Shown here: positions 1-8,740 of the stretch, piece after piece
Layout of the letters: each line of letters starts with the position of its first letter
Numbering within the stretch: the first letter of the stretch is position 1
Notes under the pieces: model-generated
What the model saw: only the letters and a program-made list of their open reading frames with translations
The model's database searches: none
What the model was told of the DNA's origin: nothing
Made by a program: the position numbers and the translations under genes
From: Heptranchias perlo
Lineage: Eukaryota
Direction: 5' to 3'
Length of the DNA stretch: 64,000 nt
NCBI RefSeq assembly: GCF_035084215.1
Contig: NC_090363.1
Coordinates: forward strand, 11,160,001 to 11,224,000

Positions 1-1836
1 ATGGCATCAATCATTTCTCTCCACACTGTGTACTGTAAAGGGCCGTTGAATTTTTCGATCGACAGGGCGCCATCTGCTAATGACAGTAATTGACCATCCT
101 CGCTAATCCTGCAAATATTCAATAGTTGGTTATAAATTGATCATAAACACCTTTCTGAGTTATTTTACCAAACTGTGCAGAGTTTCAGTAAAGAACATGT
201 CCTACCTCCTCTTCTGACAAATTTTCTCCTGAAATAAATAAAACACAAATCTAAGTTGACAGACACTGACCATCTATATCCGGACAGCAGAATTAGCCCA
301 AATTGTGATAATCTGTTAATAATTCTGAATTCTCACTGCTGCCGGCACACAGATTGAAAGATTACATTACAAAAAGGTACAGAAGCACCGGAGAAAGTGC
401 AAAAAGTTCCATGTCCGATATATTTGAAAGCCGGACAGAAGAAATTACACCCAAATTATTAAATGCTTCTCATAGAAACAGGGTATGGCTGAAAAATCTT
501 ATTTGTTTCAGACGATGGAAATCAGCATCAGTCCCCCTCACAGACACAGTGACTCTCACACCCACCGGACCAGACACACCCACACACTCACTCAATGTAA
601 CTGTAACTGCATTGCAATGTGAGTTTCAGGAGAATATTAAACTCGTGGGCAACACGGAAATAATTACAAGCTAAATATCAAGATCAGGGCAAATCATTCC
701 CGGGGTGGTTGCTGGTATTCCAGGGATTCTGTAGACATTGTGTGAGGCCGATTAGTTCGGTGACAATAACAGATCCGCCTCGGAATAGACAAAAAATCGA
801 TCGATTTACAACAGTCCCGAATTATCTGGAAATTCTGCATTTACTTCAAAATTCTTGCCCATCATTTTGTGACTGTGAACATTCACTGAACTAAACTGAA
901 ATATAATCCTCACCTTCAGAAATATCACTCCGTCTTTTTCCTCTATCTGGTTTTGGAACTTTGAGAGCTTTTCCTGAATAGAATTTAAATTCTCTTGAAT
1001 TTCTCGAAGATTTTCCTCCATTGGTTCGAGAATCCTCTCCTCTTCTTCCCTGAGATCTCTGATTAAACGCTGCTCTTTCTCACTGAGAATCTGGTGCATT
1101 TTAGCGAACTCGGATGTGATGCGGGTCTGCAGACTGCTCGACTGTTCCTACAAAATGAAATGTGAAAAATAATAATGTACCGCGATAAAGGAACAAAACT
1201 AACCGAGTTCGCAGAGAATCAGCTCAGGGAGACCTCACCCTAACTTTGGAAATCTGCTGCTTCTGTTTCAGTTCAGTTTCCAGAACCGCCGTTTTCTTGT
1301 CTGTGAGAGAATCTAAGGAAGATTTCAGCTGATCCTGGGATTGGGATCAAAAAATCACAGAATGAATGTGTTCGACCATGAAAATGTGATCAAATAATCA
1401 GGTGATCAAATCTGTTCCCTTTTACCTTGTAGATTTCAACAGCTTCTTTAATCGGCATGAAGTGGTGGTCTCTGTGTTCCCGCGCATCTCTACAAGTGTA
1501 ACAGATCAGTTTCTTTTCAGTTTCACAAAACAGCTTCAGTTCTTCCTGATGTTCCTCACAGTGAAGTTTACTTTCCTTCTCTTCCGGATTCAGGTTTAAT
1601 TTTCGAGCTTTCTCGGCCAGATTCGCTAAGGCCCGATTGGCCCTGAAGTTTCTTTCCGGAAACTCCTCTCTACATTCCGGGCAGGAGTTTGTTTCCTTCT
1701 GTTCACAACACTGTGCGATACAGGAGCGGCAGAAGTTATGCCCACACTCCAGTATAACCGGATCAGTGAACAAATCAAGACAGATGGGACAAATTGCCTC
1801 CTCGGTCAAATACTCGGCCTGCCGTCTGGAAGCCAT
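1..1836 (-). CDS. TRIM gene copy A (RING/B-box/coiled-coil; TRIM39/A33/nuclear factor 7-like), 3' part outside window
   Basis: Exons read with GT-AG boundaries: 1836-1426 (411 nt, ATG MASRRQ, C3HC4 [22 protein letters not shown]-box [12 protein letters not shown]), 1334-1239 (96), 1147-914 (234, coiled coil), 228-206 (23), 108-1 (truncated). Same exon sizes as copies B and C. Confidence 0.92.
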
Positions 1837-2599
1837 GTTCACACTCAGCACTTCCTGATTAACCCCGCTTTTACCTTCGTTCCTGCTTCAAACTGCTTTT
1901 ACCTTCGATGTCACTAGGCTCCCGAACACCTTCAGTTCAGTGATTTCACAATGCTGGTCACTGCAATAGTCAGGGAATTATTATTATATACTCGTCTATG
2001 TCTCGTCGAATTTTACACGGGGAGATGAAAACTGGAGCAGGATTAACCACAAACAGTGTTAGAGGACGGAGAGGCAATAGTTGAACCTGGGCGGGGAGGG
2101 TGAAAGTCCAAGGAATTGGCAGTGGGGGGAGGGGAGAGATCGAGGGAGGGGGCGGAGATGGTCAGGGATCGAGATTCCACTGCACTTTGCTCCTGACCGA
2201 ACTCGCTGACGACTACAAACCCTCTGGTGAATCACTGTGTAAGATTTAGATCCATAAACTGAACTATGCTAATGATTGTAGCCGCTCACCCTAAAAGACA
2301 AAGTGCCACAAATGTCAAGGAGCTGTCTGGAAGCTGTGATCAGTTTCAGTCCTTCCTGATTCAAACTGCTGGTGTCATGTTTCTGTTGGTGGATCCAGCC
2401 CCGGTTCCCAGTCTGAGATCACTCCAGTGTCCCTGCAAGTGCTCTTCACATCTGGATGAAATTGTATCACATTTATAAAGAGAAAAGACATTCGATGAAG
2501 TTTGGGTGTGCACCCATCATCAGACTGAGAGACAAACGGGTATTTTAGTCAGTCTGGGAAACGGAGAGGGAAAAAGGAGGAGGGGAGAGGTGAGATCAA

Positions 2600-3346
2600 C
2601 GCTCATTTGAAAGAAATTGTTCTGTTGCATGGATCGCAGGCTCGGGCTCAGGATTGGTGTCAGCCTCGCCCACCTTGTCTGTTTTGCCGGCCTGTGATTC
2701 GGGCAGCTCCTGCGGACGAGCCCCATCTCCTCACAGGCGGGGCACCGGACACCCTCCGATATGCAGAGGACGCGGTGGGCCGTCCCCTCGTGACTCACAT
2801 AAAAGCCACCCTGGGTTTCCTCCTCCCGGGCCGGCTGGACGCAGGTCTATTGCCGGAAGTATTGGACCTGACGGAGGTTCGTCTCCCTGAGGCCGAGCGG
2901 GATCGGTGCAACATCTGTCCTCACCTCTCCCAGTTGATTCTGAAGGAGGAGGAGCTCGTTGGGGGATCAATGGCGGGATGTTTGATGAAACGATCCTCTG
3001 CCTCCCGGCTTGGAGAGGATCCACCAGCTGGAATCTACCGACCACCGTGAGCTCCTTATTGAGGGCCAGGAACACAGCCCGCTCCGACCTCAGGAAGAAC
3101 ACGGCCTTCCCGGACATTGCTGAGGCGGCGACTATGACTGAGTGGCTGACAACCCCAGGCATGGTCTTCACACAGGCTTCAATGGGCATGTTGGGCTGAG
3201 TGTAGCTCTTGACCCCATTCTGTTTCGTAAAGAGGCGAAAAGGTGCGGGGGCAGCAGGAGCAGCTGCGGAGGCCACGCACGCGTACGTCCGGCTTCTAGC
3301 CGGCACCGGCGAAGGTGAAGTCGCCCGATGAAAAATGGGAGCTGCA
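2600..3346 (-). mobile_element. Tx1-like non-LTR retrotransposon ORF1 relic (interrupted by the ERV)
   Basis: GVKSYTQPNMPIEACV..IVAASAMSGKAVFFL..VDPL..SNIPP resembles Tx1-clade ORF1; frameshifted; boundaries approximate. Confidence 0.7.
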
Positions 3347-3348
3347 GA

Positions 3349-3991
3349 TGAGAATGCCCACGTGGCAAAGGAGCAGAATGCAAAATGGTTAGGCAAGGGT
3401 TAATTAGTTGGTAGCTGAGGTGGGCCGAGAGGCCCGCCCCCCTTCTAGGCCATATGTTTGCGTAATCAGCAGGCCTGCATTGTCTTATCAATGTGGAAGT
3501 CTTTGATGTGATTCAGGATCTGGTCTGAGTGTCTCCATGTTTATGGCAAATCAATAGAGGTAACGAGCTTAGCCAGTTTGAAAGACATTCCAAGTTAGGA
3601 GATAAGGAACAGAAGGGACAGGAAAGAACATTCCAAGTTGGAAGATAAGGAGGTATCCCCTTTGATGTCTAATTGCAGCATGATCAGCATATGGACTATC
3701 TATGATTGGCCGGCAATAATGTAACCCCGCATGGCAACCTATGCCCAGCTTATGATTGGTGTTGACCCTTGTGTTAACGATGTTCCAAGCCCTACTGATC
3801 TGTATAAAGGTGTGAACTTCTGTATGTGTCTTTGTCTTCTTATTCTGTCAGGGTCATCCGGACTCTCTCAGGAGTCTGAATCGAAGCTGCAGACTGAGTC
3901 CTGCTATTAAAGTTGTGTTGAACTTTAAAGGTGTATTCGACTCAGTGTTTGCTGAACCAGACTGAGGGGAGAAAAAGAATCCGGTTCATCA
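3349..3991 (+). repeat. ERV 5' LTR (643 bp)
   Basis: TGAGAATG...TTCATCA; direct repeat of 8396-8740 plus 11786-12085; TATAAA 3803-3808, ATTAAA 3906-3911. Start could be 2-3 nt earlier. Confidence 0.93.
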
Positions 3992-3993
3992 TT

Positions 3994-4011
3994 TGGTGGC
4001 CCGTACGGAGA
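3994..4011 (+). promoter_or_regulatory. Primer binding site, tRNA-Ile(AAU)
   Basis: TGGTGGCCCGTACGGAGA 2 nt after the LTR CA; 17/18 match to the complement of the vertebrate tRNA-Ile(AAU) 3' end as recalled (TGGTGGCCCGTACGGGGA). Confidence 0.85.
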
Positions 4012-4231
4012 TCTCAACGGTCGTTCACCGAGAGTTCGCGGAGTAAGAGGCGGATTTGTCTTGGACACGGAGGAAGGAGAGAGCGCGCCCGGTGTGAGTA
4101 AACCTTTCTTTACTATATCGGCTTTCCTGAATCTGTTAAGTCTGACGACGAATCGTCCAATCGCTAACACTCGTGTGGCTTCCATACGAGATTCAGGTCA
4201 GCCTGACGAATACACAATGATAGCAGGAAGA

Positions 4232-4490
4232 GGTCAGTGGTCAGATATCACTGAGGGTCAGTACATGTACTGAGGGAGTAACTTGTAAGCGGTAGGTCAG
4301 TGATCGAACTATCACTGAGGGTCAGTGATCAAATTATCACTGAGATTTAAAGTTCGAGTTCCTGGTGATTGGATATAAACCGGAACTTCGAGTCAGTGAT
4401 TAAATTATCACTGAGAGTTAGAGTTCGAGTTCCTGGTGATTGGGTATAAACAGGAACTTCGAGTCCCTGGGGATTGGGTATGAATCGGAA
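4232..4490 (+). repeat. ERV leader tandem hairpin repeats
   Basis: Four TCAGTG(A/G)T-loop-ATCACTGA units, palindrome TCAGTACATGTACTGA (4258-4273), three GAGT(T/C)CCTGG..GGAACT units. Confidence 0.85.
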
Positions 4491-4721
4491 CTGATTGCTT
4501 GTGCTGATCGACTAAGGAAGGAAGTGCCTGTCTCAACGTGCAGCCTTAGACCGGTTGTTAAGAGGGGAAATCCCCCACGCGAAGGTCAGGACCCTGAAGT
4601 GGGCGTAGAGACCAAAGGCACTTAGGATTGTGAGGCACAAGGAGTCAGGTCCATCCTTGAATTCTGTTCGAATACGGTTGTATTAATAAGTTGACTAGGA
4701 TAAAGGAAAACGGGACATAGA

Positions 4722-5325
4722 ATGGGTAATTGTCAGGACATCACTGCAGAACCGGGAAGTGCCTTACAGACTTTGTGTGAAAATATCCGGACAAGGCAAA
4801 ACAATTTAGACAATTGTCAGGCAGACTGAATAAAAAACTGGGGAATGTCAACTGGCCATTGGGAGGAACTAAAGACCTGGATACTGCCATAAAAGCACAG
4901 GAATTAATTTGGAAAAGTAATAGAGGCAAACCAGTCAAAGGGTTAATTGCTTTATGGAGACAGTACTGTCAAGAAATAAAAGAAGCTTCGTTATTAGCAA
5001 GTTGGCAGGATAACGCGTTGAAGTTAGGGATAGGACTCACTGAAGGAGGGGTAGTCAAGTCTGTAGAAGTCCTAAAAGGAGAATATGCTCATGGAAAACG
5101 CTCTAAACAGGAGTCTGAAAAGACTTCGGGCGAGCCCAAAACAGTTGAGAAAAGTGAATTATGTAATCCAATGATTGGCCTTGCCTTGGCTGGGGGAGAC
5201 GATGATGATTTGGATGAGTGGAATTATAGGCCCCACGTAGCTCCCCAGGGTCCCAGTGCCCCTCCTGAGTACAGTAACATCGATTCTTCAGTGCCTACGG
5301 GACCGACTGTTCAAACCCCTGTGAC
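4722..5325 (+). pseudogene. gag: gag, matrix plus late-domain region only; frameshifted and truncated
   Basis: ATG GGT (MGNCQ, myristoylation-type start) at 4722; 1-nt frameshift near 4780 joins ORF 4814..5347 with the WPLGGT matrix motif and PSAPPEY; no capsid or nucleocapsid. Confidence 0.85.
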
Positions 5326-6624
5326 ACGACAGGACATACTCCAGTAGATATAGGGAATAGATATGCTGATCAGGAAGCTAAGGAAGCGTCCCAGACACAG
5401 AGGGTGGTTGTCCCTAGAATGGTGAGTCAGATTAAAAGCTAAAACCAGAGCAAGTCTCCCTCTGAAAAGCCAATGCCAACCATCCAAGACGTCATTAACT
5501 TACAGGAGGACGCTGCTGACTGTGATAAACAATTGTGGAAACAACTTGGTTGTACTTATGACTGTGTATCTAAATTGTGGGTTACCCCTGCGGGGCAGAC
5601 CTGAATGTCAGATGAATTAGCAGTATGGGTTATTGAATGTGTACACTTTGCAACTCATTGTGGTGCCAAAGCTGCTAGTGATACGCTGCTGGCCACTTGG
5701 TGGCATCCTAGGTTGCAAGCATTAGCCCAGTGCATCAGCAGTCATTGTCTCGTTTGTCAACAACACAACCCTGGGAAGGGAGTGCCTTGCGAATGTGGAA
5801 ATACCCCTTTGCCAGAAGGTCCCTTTGAGACCCTCCAGATGGACTACATTGAGTTGGAAAGATGTCAGGGTTATAAATATGTTCTAGTTATTGTTGATGT
5901 ATTTAGTAAATGGATAGAGGCCTATCCGACTACGGATAACAAAGCCTCCACTGTTGTAAAGGTTCTGATGAAAGAGATCATCCCTAGATACGGAATCCCA
6001 AATCAAGTGAGTTCAGATAACGGCCCTCGTTTTGTGGGTCAGGTGAACAAGGAATTCTGCACCCAGATGGGCATTAAACAGCAGCTACATTGTGCTTACA
6101 GACCACAGGCCGCTGGATTGGTTGAGCGTGCTAATCAGACTTTGAAAAATAAACTGGCTGAACTGCAGGCAGAGACTGGTACTACTTGGCTCAAACTTCT
6201 TCCTGTAGCCTTATTTCAGATACGTACTACTCCGGCTGGGGTAGCGCGATTAAGTCCTGCTGAAATTATATATGGTAGACCCCTCAAGACCCCGTGGAAT
6301 CAAAACGTTCCGAAAACCATCCACTTTCACCACATGACGACAGAAATGACTAACTATATTTTGTCATTAACTAAGGCATTGAGAAGCCTCCACTCTCGGG
6401 TACGAGCGGCCTACGTCGAACTTCCTCCTATAGCCAGTCCATCTAAAATCGAACCTGGAACGTATGTGTTAATCAGGAATTGGACAAGGAAAGGACTGGA
6501 ACCTCGTTGGGAGGGACCCTATCAGGTTCTACTCACCACCCCTACCGCTGTGAAGGTAGAGGGGAAGAGTGCTTGGGTTCACCTCCACCACTGTAAAACT
6601 ATCAGTCCCACGTCTCAAATTTAA
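5326..6624 (+). pseudogene. pol: pol remnant: RNase H C-terminus and integrase
   Basis: GNRYADQEAKEA from 5353, in-frame stops at 5440 and 5602, then ORF 5605..6624 with HHCC (HFATH..CLVC), D-D-E (LQMDY, SSDNG, LVERAN) and WEGPY. Confidence 0.93.
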
Positions 6625-6682
6625 AATGCTAACTTCTCTCTTCTTCTAAGAAATCTTACCTATACAGGTATCTTGACCAGCC

Positions 6683-8328
6683 ATGAAAGTCTTCCCTTTG
6701 ATTTTCTGCCTTGAACTCTTGCTGACCCTGAGAGTAACCAAAAGGAGAACATGTCGACGGGACCAGCCTAAGCGCATACATCACCTATGCCAAGGAGACG
6801 TACTTCGGTGCAACGATAACGACCCAGACGGATTCGGAAGGTGGAACATCACCCGGATAGACGGATGTGCCGGGCTCCTGAGGCAGCCCCACCGCTCGAT
6901 AGAGTTAGAAATATCGCAGGGAGGAATACCTTGTTACTGGACTGAATGTCAATTTGATTATGTCTGTCGAAGGTCTGGAGAGAGAACCCGTAAGATGTGC
7001 CAACAAGACTTAGATAGTGAACGGCACAATCGTTACTTAAAATTTAACCAAGAGAGAAAGCGTAATGGGTTAGCCCCCATGGATATTTTTGACTATCTAA
7101 GATTAGAGGGTTCTCTGCCACAAAGACGTAAGAGAGATCTCCAACTCCAAAAGCGCGAACTGCACGTTAACACCTTCCTGTACATGAGTTATGTGTATGC
7201 CAAACGGCAAGGTATCTCTAGCTGTTGGATGTGTTCCCACATCCCTAACCATTCCAAGGGAGGTATCCCTTTAAGGCCGATTCCCTTTACGTCCCATGAA
7301 TCCGCGGAATGGGTCATAAGACGAAACCATTCGGGAAATGCGATAAGAACCCCGGAAACAATAGAATGGGCATCAGCGGGGTATAGCCTTAATGAGTTTA
7401 GAGGATGGTACCAGCCTAATTACAATCGAGCCCATAAGCCCCCGTTTCTGCTCTTGACCAACACGTCTAGACCAAACGGGACGGTATGTTGGAATAAGAA
7501 TGCCCCAAATAATGGCCTTTTATGGGACAAAGTAATTATAGCACCACCCACTATTGGCTACCGCCCATAGTCAACCTGACGACCCAGGGCATGTTCCAGG
7601 GCCAGTGGGCCCCAACGCTTAATAAAACCAATGGGTTGCCGTGTAATCACCTTGACTCTCAGCCTTTTATATATATGGCTAATGAGGGAAATTTAACTGC
7701 ATATAATGGTACGTATTTTATATGCGGCCATAAGGCATACCCATGGTTGCCTCAGAACTGGATCTATTTAGGATATGTAGTACCATATGTTTATCACTTG
7801 CCTTCCCTAGCGGATCACCACCATTACAGGCCAAAAAGGGCAATTACAGAAACGGAGCGGTATTTCGCTATTTTGTTTCCTGGATATGGGGTAGCCAGGA
7901 CAATCAAGGAAATTCGGCAGTTGGCTTCGGTATTAGAAGAAGTAGCCAATGAAACTGCAGTAGCACTAAAGGATATTAATGCAGAAATGATAGCCATTCG
8001 GACAGTGGCCTTGCAGAATCGCATGGCTCCAGACTACCTGTTTGCCGCAAAAGGGGGAACATGTGCACTGATTGGATCAGAATGCTGCACCTACATACCA
8101 GATAACTCAGAAAATATAACTAATCTGACTGAGCATATACAGAAAGCCGTAACAAAACTACACCAAACCCTGGGAGAAGTTTGGTTAGAATGGCTTTTCA
8201 GTGGCTCATGGGGATCGTACTTGATGCACGGATTAGTTATGCTAATTGTAGCAATACTTACTTGTGGCCTGATCGTTGCTTGCGTCAAAATCTGCTGTAA
8301 GGTAGCAATGGAACAAATTCGAATATGA
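6683..8328 (+). pseudogene. env: env, gamma-type envelope with a single frameshift near 7518-7521
   Basis: Hydrophobic signal peptide, CWMC (7223-7234), furin RPKR (7828-7839), fusion peptide, [15 protein letters not shown]6CC (CALIGSECC), TM helix; candidate splice donor 4094 and acceptor 6668. Confidence 0.93.
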
Positions 8329-8385
8329 GACTCTGCTCAGGCAGAACTGCTGAGTGAGCAAAAATTAGTTATCAAGGAATGATAT

Positions 8386-8395
8386 AAGGGGAGGA
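8386..8395 (+). promoter_or_regulatory. Polypurine tract
   Basis: AAGGGGAGGA immediately before the 3' LTR. Confidence 0.75.
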
Positions 8396-8740
8396 CGAGA
8401 ATGCCAACGTGGAAAAGGAGCGGAATGCAAAATGGTTAGGCAAGGGTTAATTAGTTGGTAGCTGGGGTGGGTAGAGAGCCCCCCCCCCCCCTTCTAGGCC
8501 ATATGTTTGCGTAGTCAGCATGCCTGCATTGTCTTATCAATGTGGAAGTCTTTGATGTGATTCAGGATCTGGTCTGAGTGTCTCCATGTTTATGGCAAAT
8601 CAACAGAGGTAACGAGCTGAGCCAGGTTGAAAGACATTCCAAGTTAGGAGATAAGGAACAGAAGGGACAGGAAAGAACATTCCAAGTTCGAAGATAAGGA
8701 GGTATCCCCTTTAATGTCTCATTGCAGCATGATCATCACA
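8396..8740 (+). repeat. ERV 3' LTR, left part
   Basis: Matches 3349-3691. Confidence 0.93.

Noticed and set aside
806-913. C-terminal tails of ORF-track TRIM ORFs (VRIIFQF.., [11 protein letters not shown])
   Set aside because: Read-through into introns past clear GT donors.
4232-4490. Palindromic repeats resembling a CRISPR array
   Set aside because: No unique spacers or regular period, no cas genes; eukaryotic retroviral leader context.
5605-6624. Stand-alone domesticated integrase gene
   Set aside because: The ATG simply follows a nonsense codon in the pol frame; no evidence of independent expression, and LTR divergence is low enough for the ORF to survive neutrally.
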